From Cladosporium halotolerans (Eukaryota): a stretch of DNA of 64,000 nt. This document shows, piece after piece, positions 11,994 to 23,410 of this stretch. The DNA is taken from contig NW_027191477.1 in NCBI RefSeq assembly GCF_011745625.1, positions 1-64,000 of the forward strand. The letters run 5' to 3'. The stretch's first letter is position 1; each line of letters begins with the position of its first letter. Both the position numbers and the translations under genes were made by a program. The notes under the pieces are model-generated. The model saw nothing but the letters and a program-made list of their open reading frames with translations, was not told the DNA's origin and did no database searches.

Positions 11994-12984
11994 TTATGCC
12001 AAGAAATCGCCCGATGTCTCCTTCAGGATCAGTTGATACTCAGGGTCAAACTGACGATACATAACTTCTGGAGAACCAGTGCCATTCTTCGTATAAGCAG
12101 CCTCCTCATCGCCGACGAACGTCTTCTCTAAGCCCGTCGATGACCCAATCGAATGCGGAGCGACCGCAGCTTCTGTCAGCAGTTGGGTGTGGCAAGCTCT
12201 CTCCAAAGCAATGAAGAATGCTGCCGCTTCAGCGACTGTCCCGCCACATGTCAGCAATCCATGGTTCTGCATGATGAGGTTCTTGCGCGAAGATCCCAAA
12301 GCTTCAGCGACCCGCTTCCCTTCTTCTTTTGCGAAGACGACGCCACCAAAGTTTCCATAAATGGCCAGATCATTGTAGAACATGCAAGAATCTTCGAGCT
12401 TGTCAGAAGCCAATCTTTGCTGAGCAATGATGCACTTACCCTGATTGAGCATGTCGATGCCCCGACCGAAATTGCTCCAAGCCCTGCCATATGGGCTGTG
12501 TACGTGGCAAGCTGCGTTGAGATCAGGTCTCGCACGATGAATTGCTGCATGGATTATGAATCCCGCCGTGTTGACAGCCATATCTGCCCCGCCGATTCGG
12601 CGCCCTTCTTCATCAACGTGGACCATATCTGATACTCGCAAGAGGCCGAAATGGACACCATAAGGATTGATCCAGAATGTGTCCGGATCAATGGGATCTA
12701 GGCGGTGTCAGACATTAAGGGCAATAGGCATGTTTGGCACTTGCAAGAACATCGACGCACTTACCTCGTAGGCTTATATGCCCGCTACCGCCATCGGCAA
12801 AGCCTAGTTTTGAGAAGATACGAAACGCCCCCGCCATTTGCTCCAACTGCCAGCGTCTTTGAGCATCTTTGGAACTTGGCCACGGGATCCGGAATGATGC
12901 TTGTGTGGCTGACTGTTCATTGTCGATTTTTGTATCTTGCACGACTTCCATGTAGTTGGATGCGATGAGAGTTGTAGTGGCCAT
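11994..12984 (-). CDS. Class II aldolase/adducin-head domain protein; 3 exons
   Basis: GHISLRDP, FWINPYGVHF, IHAAIHRARPD, HVHSPYG and QNHG metal-binding His motifs; introns 12698-12764 and 12392-12439. Confidence 0.88.
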
Positions 12985-13108
12985 GACGCCCGATCCGTTG
13001 TGTAAGGCTGATTGATGGTGGTGCGTCTTTGCTGTCTTCGTTGCTCGAGAGCAACAGCTCGGTTCGATAGACTGACTTCAGCAGTCCGAGGCTGTCAACA
13101 TTCCCGTT

Positions 13109-13165
13109 CGGCGGAAGCCGTGAAACAAGATAGCAAGCTAGTTATGCCTCCTCGGGTTATGCCGA
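13109..13165. promoter_or_regulatory. Two CGG-N6-CCG Zn2Cys6 sites in the aldolase/HglS divergent promoter
   Basis: CGGCGGAAGCCG at 13109-13120 and TCGGGTTATGCCGA at 13152-13165. Confidence 0.65.
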
Positions 13166-13288
13166 TTCAAACTGGCTGGCGGCTGACAGGGCGAATCCCG
13201 AGCCCAGCACAAGCCGACCAACCGGCTACATCCGAAGTTCAGAACAGAGCACGCATGTAGACTACATGACAAGGCAAGCGCATGTCTT

Positions 13289-14842
13289 ATGCATAGTGCT
13301 TCGATTGAATTGCAACATCATCTGTTTACTCACGTTTACCCCGAACCAATACACGACCCCAAGCCGAACAATCTTCCAATGGCGTGCATACTATCAAACG
13401 AAACCACCAGCATGGGGACCGCCACGCAACCTCCAGCTGCTTTCATCAGTGCAGATCATGTTCGAACGATGTTTGCACATGCCATGTCAGCAATGTATAG
13501 ACGAGAAGTTCCTCTTTACGGGGATCTCGTCCAAATTGTTCAACAGACGAACTCGAGCAGCACGTCTGATCTACAGGCGCACGACACTTTACAAAGACTC
13601 TCCCTTGAGCGGCACGGTGCTATTCGACTGGGCACTGCTGAAGAACTTTGCACCATCAAGCGCTTGTTTCGGGTAATGGGTATGCATGCTGTTGGATATT
13701 ACGATCTATCAGTAGCCGGCTTGCCCATGCATGCCACGTGTTTCCGACCGATATGCGCGAAGTCTCTGGAGGCGAATCCATTCCGTATATTCACGACGTT
13801 GTTACGTCCTGAGATGCTTCAATCAGACGAATCCAAATCGATAGCAGAGGACTTGCTACGACATCGCAAGATTTTCACACCGGCTTTGTCACAGCTCCTG
13901 GACGCTGCGGAAGAGCAAGACGGCCGACTGAGCTTAGACCAGGTCGAGGTGCTCATCCCGGAGGCATTGTCAACTTTCAGTTGGCAGCCAGTGGCAGCTG
14001 CCAGCAGAGCACAGTATATGAAGTTATGCAACGAACATCCCATCCTGGCCGACATCGCCTGCTTTCGTAGCGCTCACATCAACCATCTGACACCACGTGT
14101 CCTGGACATCGATGCTGCCAAAACGGCCATGGAACTCGCTGAGATGCCAGTCAAAGCTTCAATCGAAGGTCCACCCAAAAGGAAATGGCCCATTTTGCTG
14201 CGGCAGACGAGCTTTCTAGCTCTGGAGGAACAAATAAGATTCAGAATCTGCGAACAGCAGCAACCTGAAGGCAACTTTGCAACTGGCTCGCACAAAGCAC
14301 GATTCGGCGAGATCGAAGAGCGGGGCGCAGCTGTGACCCCCAAAGGCCGCCAGCTTTACGATTTCCTCCTCAAAGAAGCGAGCTCTCGGTCTGCCAATGC
14401 CTCTTTCGCAGAAAAGGATCTGATCTTCTCAGAAGTCTTTCTCAAATTCCCGGATGTGTGGTCAGACATGCAAAGGGAAGGACTTGTCTATTGCGTTTAT
14501 AAACGCACCAGCAAAGCTCTTACAGAGGCCACCAAGTTATCAGCAGTGTCAAACACATCGAATACGCTAGCGGAACAATTGATAAGCCAAGGTTTAGTCC
14601 AGACATACCCGATAACCTATGAGGATTTCCTGCCCTTTTCAGCAGCCGGGATCTTCCAGTCAAATCTGCAAACAGCTCAAAAGGATGAACAACCGTCAAA
14701 CTTCAAAGCCATTTCAGATCAAGAAGGCTTTGAACAGTCTCTAGGGGGACCACTAATCAATTCAGATGATCTTTACCTGCAGATCGAGAATGACAGTCTT
14801 CGTGACTGCGTAGAGAGTCTGGGGATCAAATGCAGTTTCTAG
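13289..14842 (+). CDS. hglS: 2-oxoadipate dioxygenase/decarboxylase (HglS/YdcJ, DUF1338-type); true start may be 13379 or 13412
   Basis: Intronless ORF with family motifs SAMYRREVPLYG, ERHGAIRLG, GYYDLS, HATCFRP, NPFRIFTTLLR, HINHLTPRVLDID, IEGPP, ILLRQTSF, HKARFGEIEERG and PITYEDFLPFSAAGIFQSNL. Confidence 0.88.
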   Translation: MHSASIELQHHLFTHVYPEPIHDPKPNNLPMACILSNETTSMGTATQPPAAFISADHVRTMFAHAMSAMYRREVPLYGDLVQIVQQTNSSSTSDLQAHDTLQRLSLERHGAIRLGTAEELCTIKRLFRVMGMHAVGYYDLSVAGLPMHATCFRPICAKSLEANPFRIFTTLLRPEMLQSDESKSIAEDLLRHRKIFTPALSQLLDAAEEQDGRLSLDQVEVLIPEALSTFSWQPVAAASRAQYMKLCNEHPILADIACFRSAHINHLTPRVLDIDAAKTAMELAEMPVKASIEGPPKRKWPILLRQTSFLALEEQIRFRICEQQQPEGNFATGSHKARFGEIEERGAAVTPKGRQLYDFLLKEASSRSANASFAEKDLIFSEVFLKFPDVWSDMQREGLVYCVYKRTSKALTEATKLSAVSNTSNTLAEQLISQGLVQTYPITYEDFLPFSAAGIFQSNLQTAQKDEQPSNFKAISDQEGFEQSLGGPLINSDDLYLQIENDSLRDCVESLGIKCSF

Positions 14843-15036
14843 TTTCCTTTCCGAGATCCGTCGATTATGATTAGCTTAGCTCTAGAATTTCTTCACCCAG
14901 CTAGACCTCGATGCAAACAAGACTGATTGGATACCGGAGCTGTATCTGAAATGAACATAAGACTGTAGCGACGTCTGGGGCCGAGGGGTAGACGAAATGG
15001 GTTTTGCTAGATATATCCACACGTTTATTGAATCGT

Positions 15037-15873
15037 TCAAGATCGCCAAGAAGAGGGGACACGCTTAACCAGTCCTCCGTAGAACCAATTTACCATCGAG
15101 TACACATCGTAGACTTGGACCGACCTTCCCATCGACCTCTGGATGGCTTCAGCAAATGGAGGCATTTGCGTGCATTCCAACACAAGAACCGACATTGTTG
15201 GCCACTGTTGGATTAGTTGCTGAGCTGTAGTGACAAGCTCTGCCTCGATTGCTTTGTGATCGTACCCAGCATTTTGCTGGACTAAACGATGAAGGTGACC
15301 ACCAGTTGGGGCGCCAGCAATGTGTACTCGGTCCAAAAGTGCCGGATGAACTCCTGCGCTCTCAACATGCGCTAGCTGCAAGCGCTGAGAATCGTACGTC
15401 AGAATACCGAGTGTCTGGGAAGGCGCCATTATTGCCATTATGGATGGAATCTGCACAAGAGCAGAAGTGGCAATGGGGATTGGGAGGCGAGCGGCGAGTC
15501 TGAGAACGATATCAGTCCACCGATTACGAAGCACTTTGCCCGCCACGTACCTGCTCTGAGCCAATGCCAAAAAACCGCAACTAGTGATCAGCCCAACACA
15601 TCCTTTGTCGGCAAGCGTTTTTCCAGCATCGACAAAACGGTCTAGAAAAGCATCATCGTAATCTGAGCTCGTAACGACTTGAGACTCGGCAGTGCCAACA
15701 GCGAGCTCGCGTATGAGCGGAAAGTTCCAGGTCTCGTTCGTAAATGGGTCTCCAGGTGGTCTAGTGAAGAAGCACTCAATGGCGATAAACCCAAGAGGTG
15801 GTAACGAGGGATCAACTTGGTTCGAAGATTGCGGCTTTGCGGCATCTGCTTTTTTCGAAAGGACGTCTGACAT
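15037..15873 (-). CDS. Asp/Glu/hydantoin racemase superfamily protein; 2 exons
   Basis: RPPGDP..TWNFPL, two Cys motifs ITSCGFLA and VLECTQMPPF, and PIATSALVQ; in-frame intron 15500-15550. Confidence 0.8.
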   Translation of the reverse strand: MSDVLSKKADAAKPQSSNQVDPSLPPLGFIAIECFFTRPPGDPFTNETWNFPLIRELAVGTAESQVVTSSDYDDAFLDRFVDAGKTLADKGCVGLITSCGFLALAQSRYVAGKVLRNRWTDIVLRLAARLPIPIATSALVQIPSIMAIMAPSQTLGILTYDSQRLQLAHVESAGVHPALLDRVHIAGAPTGGHLHRLVQQNAGYDHKAIEAELVTTAQQLIQQWPTMSVLVLECTQMPPFAEAIQRSMGRSVQVYDVYSMVNWFYGGLVKRVPSSWRS

Positions 15874-16070
15874 GATGTTCTGTGTTCGGCCCAAGCTCCA
15901 GGTGGTATAATGCTCGATGAGACTGAGACATAGCTCATCTCAAAGACCACTTTGTCAGACGTCAAAGCTTTGCTATCCGGCGTCTAGTTTGTCATGCCTC
16001 TCAATCATGTACTAACGTAAACTCTATCGGTCTGCTATCAACCCCGCAAGTGGGTCTGTAGCAGGCTTGA

Positions 16071-16082
16071 CGGAGGAATCCG
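16071..16082. promoter_or_regulatory. CGG-N6-CCG site in the racemase/dehydrogenase divergent promoter
   Basis: ACGGAGGAATCCGT at 16070-16083. Confidence 0.65.
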
Positions 16083-16354
16083 TGGACCCTGCTCACTCGA
16101 ATGAGCTTCGCCCGGAAGAACGCGATACTGATCCACGCGCCCAGTAGAGCGGGGCCGAGGTCGGTTCATCACGGTCAACATTTACCAGTGTTTGCTTTTC
16201 GATGTAATATTTGCTACCTAGAGAAAGAATTCGGATTCTGTATCCTCAACGCGACCTTTCAACTCACATCAATTTCGTGCTGCAATTACTTGCACGGCCC
16301 GGACATCAACCGGACATCAAACAACTCATTCTCCACCATTGAACCAACACAGAA

Positions 16355-17440
16355 ATGACCGTAAGCCAGAGCGCACACCGGAAGCCACGCGTGGTCTCAC
16401 TCGGGCGGCCTGCATTCGTCGGCAAAGAATATCTCGACGAATTCTCAAAATCGTTCAACTTCTCAATACTGGAAGCCAAACATCGAGCTGAGACCAAACA
16501 GCTTCTACCATTGGACATTGAGAAAAATGGCCCCATTGATGCATTCGTGATTCGAATGGGTACGCCGCCATTTGAGCCTTTCGACGAAGATTTGCTCGGT
16601 GCTCTAACACCAGAATGCCAAATCATCACGTCTGCAAGTGCTGGTTTCAACGAGTTCGATGTGGAATGGATGACCCGGTCTGGGGTGTACTTCTGCAACA
16701 CTGTTGATGCCGTCGCCGAAGCTACGGCCGATATGGCAATCTTCTTGACGTTGGCAACTCTGCGCAACACTTGCAACGCGGAGAAAAGCCTCAAAAATGG
16801 TACTTGGAGGGGCGGTCTTGCACCAACTAGAGACCCGTCAAACCTGACCTTGGGCATTGTTGGAATGGGAGCCATCGGAAAAGTTTGTCAAATCCCAGTC
16901 CCGGAGCCGGTGCATTCGCTGACCTCAACGCAGTACCTTGCGAAAAAGGCCCTCGCGTTCAACATGAAGATTAAATACTACAACCGCAACCAACTCAGCC
17001 CCAAGCTGGAAGAAAGATACGAGGCTTCATACTGCTCCACCCTTCAGGAGTTGCTTGCCTGCTCCGACGTTGTCTCGATAAACTGCCCATACAACAAAGA
17101 CACCGAGGGATTGATTGGGCAGTCCGAATTTGAGGCAATGAAGGATGGAGCCTACTTCATCAACACCGCGCGCGGACCTATCGTTCAAGAAGAGGCTTTG
17201 AAGGCGGCGTTGGAGTCTGGCAAGGTCACAAGAGCAGGCTTGGATGTCTTCTGCAACGAGCCGAACATCGATCCGTGGTTTTTGGAGAGCGATGCATGCA
17301 TTGTGCAGCCTCACTTGGGTGGTCTGACGGACGCGGCCTTCCAACGTGCCGAAAGGGAATGCTTTGAGAATATCCGCGCGCTATTCACAATTGGCGTGCC
17401 GAACTCGCCCGTGAATGACTTATCCAGTCGTAGGAAGTAG
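16355..17440 (+). CDS. D-isomer-specific 2-hydroxyacid dehydrogenase; 2 exons
   Basis: GIVGMGAIG Rossmann motif, INTARG, LDVFCNEP and PHLGG (Arg/Glu/His catalytic set); in-frame intron 16883-16933. Confidence 0.9.
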   Translation: MTVSQSAHRKPRVVSLGRPAFVGKEYLDEFSKSFNFSILEAKHRAETKQLLPLDIEKNGPIDAFVIRMGTPPFEPFDEDLLGALTPECQIITSASAGFNEFDVEWMTRSGVYFCNTVDAVAEATADMAIFLTLATLRNTCNAEKSLKNGTWRGGLAPTRDPSNLTLGIVGMGAIGKVCQIPVPEPVHSLTSTQYLAKKALAFNMKIKYYNRNQLSPKLEERYEASYCSTLQELLACSDVVSINCPYNKDTEGLIGQSEFEAMKDGAYFINTARGPIVQEEALKAALESGKVTRAGLDVFCNEPNIDPWFLESDACIVQPHLGGLTDAAFQRAERECFENIRALFTIGVPNSPVNDLSSRRK

Positions 17441-17858
17441 TTCCTCTGTCCAATCGAATTCAACGTTTCGTACAACGTGTATACACTGCGTCCTTATCTT
17501 TTCCACTTATGACAATGTCCTCTTTCGTGTTCTGGACGCAGAACCTGTCCAATGCTTGTTGACTTGCGTCTACAAACGCGAGTGAATCTTATCATGCAAC
17601 ACCAGACTACCGCCAGATAGAAGATTGCAGTATAGACATGCGGAAGGATCTTGCTGACACTCGCATTGTATGAAGTATTCGCGTGATGGGACGGGTCTTA
17701 CGACGTAGGAATGCGCTCAAAGGAAAGTCATGCTGGCAACTGCTTGAAACACAGTTATATATCGTGCACTTGAAGTTTATACCAATCAGAAAGAATTAGT
17801 CTCAATCGCACCGCCGACGCTCGAAATTTGCAAGCCTCGATCCTCTCCGGCCATCAGA

Positions 17859-19647
17859 CTACACACTTTTGGCTGGCAGGTTCACAATCTGCTCCGCACT
17901 TTCGATGTCTTGACTGAAGTCTGTCAGCTCGTGGTCTATTCGAAAAGAGTCGGTAGACATACTCATGCTGTCTACCTTCGATGAGGCTGGCGTGTGTTCC
18001 TGCTTTCGAGCGGAAAGCCATGAACCAAGAGCCCTCGAAGATCCTATCCAGCTCCTCGAGGCTGTGTCCCGCGGTCTCCGCACCATGAGGAACACGTAGA
18101 CTAGAGCGATGAAGCACCATCCGGCGAAAAAGATGAAAGCACCCCAGTTGTCCATGCTGGAGAGGATGGAAGGCGTGCCGCGGCTGACTCCGAAGTAGAA
18201 CAGCCAATGGAATGTTTGAGAAAGGGAGGAGCCGAACGAGCGGAGATGGTTGGGCCAGACTTCAGAGCTGAAGACGTACGGTAGGACAAGAAGACCTTAG
18301 ATGCGTCAGTCAAGAGCATATGTCACAGCGGAAGCAGCTTACCGATAGTGTAACCGAAGCCGTGGATGAAGATCATGGCGATAGCGGCCTGACTTGATGA
18401 GTCTGAAACATCTCCTGCGGCTCTGTACTTCAAGAAAACACCGATGTAGATGTCCGAGATCATCTGGATGGTAATGCCGGTGAAAAGACTGCCACGACGT
18501 CCCAATGCGTCGATCAAGAAGAAACTTGCGATAAGGGTGAAGAAGAACTTCGCAAGAGAGTACATGGAGCTGAGAAAGAGTGAGTGTGATTTATCACCGA
18601 CCTCGCCTATGAGGCTCAAGATCGGGATGAAATAGCTCGTGACGCTGTTGGCGCCGGAGAGCTGTGCAAGCCCATACGAGATGCAAGTTTGCATCACGCG
18701 ACGAATGTTTGCTTTGACCGTGAATGTTTCGACAAAACAAGTGCGGGTGGCCTTCCAAGACACAACGTGGGTCATCACTCCAGTTCTAGCGCGTTCTTTT
18801 TCCAGCTCAGAGACGATCTGCTCGAACTCAGACGAGACTCTAGTACTGTCGGCACTCAGCCCTCGAAGGGCGGCCAGGTTCCGCTGTGCTTCTTCGATGC
18901 GCCCAGCACGCACGAGCCATCGAGGGGACTCGTATGCGAAGAAGGTGAGCCCGATGATGAGAGCCAGGTAGATGCATGGAGCGAAAAACACAATCTGATA
19001 CTGCAACTTGCTGGCAGCAATGTGAAGAGAGATTCCGTAAACGCAGATCGTGGATAAGAAAAGACTCAGGAGGAGAACGACGCTGAACCACACTGTGATC
19101 AGCCCTCGAATCTCGGTGGGTGCGATCTCGACAAGGCTGAGAGGGCCAGTGACGGTGTGAGCGCCAATGCCGAGTCCAGAAATGACGCGAGCAATGTATA
19201 GCGCAACGAGCGAGCCATTGCTAAAAGTAGCGATGATCTGACCCACAATCCAGACAGTGGTGTAGAGTCGCATTGACCAAAGGCGGCCGAGGGTGTCGTT
19301 GAGAAAGAAAGATACGAAAGCGCCTATGCCAGCACCGATGTATACGACGGAGATGAAGTTGGCGATTGCTTTTGCATTCGCGCCCGAGCTGATGTCAAAG
19401 GCGTCCGCAAAACCAGGCAGTGAAGGCACAAGCGAAGAAGAGCCTTGGTCCCACGCTGGTAATACAAATCAGCAGCGCGTCCGATGGTTCAAGCACAGGA
19501 GGTCTTACTAAGAGTGACTCCGCACATCGCGTAAATGGACGCGGAAAACAGGAGTGGCCAGTTGCATATCAGCTGGCGCGGAGTGTTGCGGACGGCATCG
19601 ATGTACCGAGCCAATGTCGAGTCTTTGAGAAGGTCTGGGACACCCAT
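17859..19647 (-). CDS. MFS sugar-porter family permease (quinate permease-like) with an apparent 1-nt frameshift after TM12
   Basis: WDQG, DTLGR, EIAPTEIRG, ESPRWL, QLSGANS and IDALGRR motifs over several exons. The ETAGHSLEELDRIF segment is out of frame at about 18080. Confidence 0.85.
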
Positions 19648-19962
19648 GCTGGATGTAGCTCGAGCCGGATGTGGAGATGTATAAGAAGACCGCGACCCCG
19701 AGCACGTGTGGAAAGGCGGAACAACGTTACAGCACGAGTGACCAAGAGCACCGAGGCGGGAGCCGAGGATACATTATAAGTCCATTGAAGGAGACAGCAT
19801 AGCCGTGCAAGATCGGTGGCAGAGTCTGGCCGGGGTTGGTGTGCCATCGGGCGCCGGCATCCCGAGTATCTCGACGGTTGCTACACCGCGCGCGGATGAG
19901 CTTTTCGCTATCGTCGCTACGAGGCCATCCTTGCATGCTTCCGGGGGCGGGGGTAGCGCCAT

Positions 19963-19976
19963 TCGGGGGAATCCGA
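19963..19976. promoter_or_regulatory. TCGG-N6-CCGA site in the MFS/regulator divergent promoter
   Basis: TCGGGGGAATCCGA at 19963-19976. Confidence 0.65.
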
Positions 19977-20347
19977 TATCGCCAAAGGCTGGCGATAGCT
20001 GATAGCAGACAGACCGAGGATGGCGGTGCTTTGGAAGGCGGCGAAGCTCGACGGCGCAGATCACAGACTGGACTGAGATGTGCGCAACGGTCAGATATTG
20101 GGCTGGGCTGCGCGCAGAACTTCCCTTTGGCATTGGGTTGTGTGTCTGCGCAGTCGACGACACTGCCGGGACTGATGGGCGGACAGGCAGAGCGCGGCCA
20201 TGTCTGCTCAGCTGATTCTTGCCTGACTACAGAGCCACCAGCGCGATCATCGCAAGTGCCTCGGCATCCTCAGTGTCCGCAAGCCGTGGCCCTCATGCTC
20301 ACCACATCCCGTCCTCGCCACGCCTTCAACGTCGCGGCACACTCATC

Positions 20348-22703
20348 ATGGGTGACGCTCGCTCTCCGCCGGCCAAACGGTCGCGTGTCGGGGACCGCAC
20401 GACGCTCGCGTGCATAAGGTGTAAGCAGAAGAAGCTTAAGGTCGGTGGTTGTTTTCCTTCAGAAGCCGACGTTGCGCGCTTGACAGGGCTGACGGCGACG
20501 CAAGTGTGATGGCGCCAGTCCAAGGTGTCAGAATTGTGCAAAGAGTGGGCAACAAGGTAGGGCAGCTCGCCGTGGCACTCCGGATCTCCCACCTTTAGCC
20601 AACATCGTGACTGAATCGTCAAGCAGATTGCCTGATCGAGGATCCCGCCACCGGCCTGCAGCGCCCGCGAGACTACATGCAAGCCCTAGAGTCGCGCGTG
20701 GCATACCTCGAGGGTCTCCTTCAAGAAGCGAGACCAGAGATTGCTGCGGACCACATGGGTTCCAATACTCAGCGAGCACTGGCTGGCGGCATCCCGTCGC
20801 CGCGTGAGGCCAACGCTACCGGAATGCTTGCCTCGCCGCCCATGCAAGGAGACTTGCTCGCGCAATCGCAGCTTCCTGGTCCGCGAGATTCTCATATGGA
20901 GCACTCCAGACCTGGAGACACCGCTAGGTCTGATCCAGTGTCCTCGGAAGTTGCTCTCCTGTGCGTCAACGCTTCCGGGCGTGAGCCGCAATACCTCGGT
21001 CATTCGTCCGCGTTGTCATTTGCACATGTTGCGACTCAGGCCATGGGTCTGGAGGATAGCTCTACAAGCCAGAATTTGTGGAGCGGCAGTCAGCCTGGCG
21101 ATAACAGCTCGAGATCCGCTACAGCCCTTGAGCTTAAGCATCCCTCGCCAAACGTTGCTGAAGCACTCTCTCGGGCTTATTTCGAAAACATCCACTTGCA
21201 GTACCCTTTTCTACACCAGCCTACTTTCAATGACTGGCAACAGAAATGCTGGGAAGCTAATCTCAATGGTACCTTGTCTGACGCTGGGCACGTACCACTC
21301 TTCTTCGTAACCATGGTGTACGCCATCGGCTCCATCGTCCTCAGCCACGGGCTTTCCGATGAAGCCAAGGACTTATATACCATGGCCATGCGATATTTCC
21401 CACCAATCCTGAACACTGATACATTAGAATCTGTACAAGCTCTCATTGCTTGTGCAGTCTTCTCGATTCGCTCACCGGTCGGTGCAAGTCTCTGGATGAT
21501 CTCGGGCATGGCTGTCCGCAAGTCCATTGGGCTTGGATACCATCGGAGCTTTACTGCGTTACGAAGGGCTCCTGGTTCTTTGTCAACTGAGATGGCCAAG
21601 AGATGCTTTTGGGTCGCCTACGACATCGACAGAGTAGCATCATTCGTATTGGGTCGACCAACTGCCATCTCCGACCAGGCGATTGACGCTGAGGTATGCG
21701 AAACTTGAAGACTCCCCAAAAGGAAAAACAATTGCCGTCTCCACACCAGTCTGCTGACCTATGCCTGTGTTAGCTTCCACTCGACATCAACGACGATGAC
21801 CTTGCAGACGGACAAGTACCTCGGAATCTCCGATTCCACAGCACTGAGCCGCCGACCACGATGACCGGCGCTATCCACGTGATCAATTTGCGACGCCTCT
21901 GGTCAAAGATCCACGGCTTCCTATATGGGGATTCCGCAGCTTGTCCACGTGGCTTCAATATAGCAGACTCTACGATTTACGATCTAAGGCAGGAACTCGA
22001 AGAATGGCGGGCTTCTACGCCCCCACAGATACAAGTCCAGTCCAGCGGAGCCAAACCGCTCTCTGTGTACACGTCGCGGGAGTGGTTTACGCTGGCGTAC
22101 AATCATTCCATTCTACTCCTCTACCGACCTTTGATCAACGACACTGCGGATCAAGCCATGCAAGCACAATCCCAGCCTGGACTTGTGGACATGGCTTTCG
22201 AAGAATGCTACATGAACGCACAGCAGATGTGCATGACGTATCGCAGTCTCTACCAACAACCGTCCATCCAGTTCACCTGGGGCAGCTTGCACATTCTGTT
22301 CCTCGGCGGAATGACATACCTGTACTGCCTGTGGCGCTCCGCAAAGATCAGGCAGACAGCCAGGCTGAAAGACGTCATGGGCACCTGCATGGCATGCTCG
22401 ATGGTGCTGGTGATCATAGCTGAGAGGTGGAGGATGGCGACAGCGTACCGTGACATGTTCGAGAAGCTGGCCGAGCGCACCATCAACATGCTCGAGCTGG
22501 ACATGTCGCGACGGAAGCAGGCGAGCAGCGGTGCCGAGGCTCCTACATCAGGGTTCGACGGGTTCTCCGACGACGCTTTGCCTTTCGATCAGTGGATACT
22601 GGATCTCGATAATGTTGGCGTGCCGCCCGAAAGCGACTGGCTCGTCCAGGAGCTTCTTGAAGGGGTGCGGAATTTTGAGCCGAACGGCTTTGGTGGACTG
22701 TAG
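20348..22703 (+). CDS. Zn(II)2Cys6 transcription factor with fungal_trans domain, PPR1/UaY-like; 4 exons
   Basis: Spliced CIRCKQKKLKCDGASPRCQNCAKSGQQDC (introns 20441-20504 and 20557-20626), then LIEDPATGLQRPRDYMQALESRV. Middle region has YFENIHLQYPFLH, LGYHR and RCFWVAYDIDR...LGRP. Third intron at about 21694-21773. Confidence 0.9.
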
Positions 22704-23010
22704 CATAGTGTATTTGAAGATTTGCTCCACGAATCTGTATTGGAATCGTTTCGACCTTCATGTTGGCAAGTTCACAAGACGCCCAATCATCCGGAGCGTC
22801 CTGTTACTGTATCCGGCCAAGTCAGTTGAGAATTGCAATTTATCATTTTCTCTCTTCGAGATCACAAGGGTCCGGATGTCGGAACACTTGGCAACCACTC
22901 CGACTACATCCCAAGCAGGGTTATTCCGCATGGTCAACTCCCGGTATTAACACAAAAGCGCGGAGCTTGCGTGCAGCCTTCGGGTTCGCGCGTTGCAGAT
23001 GCGGGGGCGA

Positions 23011-23037
23011 TGGGTTCCTCCGAACCGGAGGAATTCG
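23011..23037. promoter_or_regulatory. Back-to-back CGGAGGAA near-consensus sites upstream of the flavoenzyme
   Basis: Palindrome TTCCTCCG-AAC-CGGAGGAA gives CGGAGGAATTCG (+) and CGGAGGAACCCA (-), each one mismatch from CGG-N6-CCG. Confidence 0.55.
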
Positions 23038-23410
23038 CCGAACCCCTCTTCAGCCCCCTCTGCGATTCCGGCCCACTCTCCTGCTGAACAGATAAGCTTT
23101 CACCTGGTCTTCTGTTTGATAGGCGAGACCGGCGTAAGCCGAGCGCGATGGCAGAATACATGCGAGAGATGATAGTTGCTCTTTTGACCGAACATGTGCT
23201 TCCGGCGAGTTGCATCGGCAATGTAGGCTATCGTGCCGTCTTGCTGTGAGTTACGGTGCAAAGAAGATCATCCTCGGCAGTTCTCCAAACTACAACTTCG
23301 CAGGCCTCACTAGCAAGCATCTGCATTGAGAGCACGGGAAGCGAATCATATTTCCGATTTACCACGGACACTCAACAGCTTCACAGAGCTTTCGAGAACT
23401 GTGATTCGAG

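Noticed and set aside
16299..16320. 11-bp direct repeat CCGGACATCAA x2 before the dehydrogenase ATG
   Set aside because: Most likely a slippage duplication in the 5' UTR; not found in the other cluster promoters.
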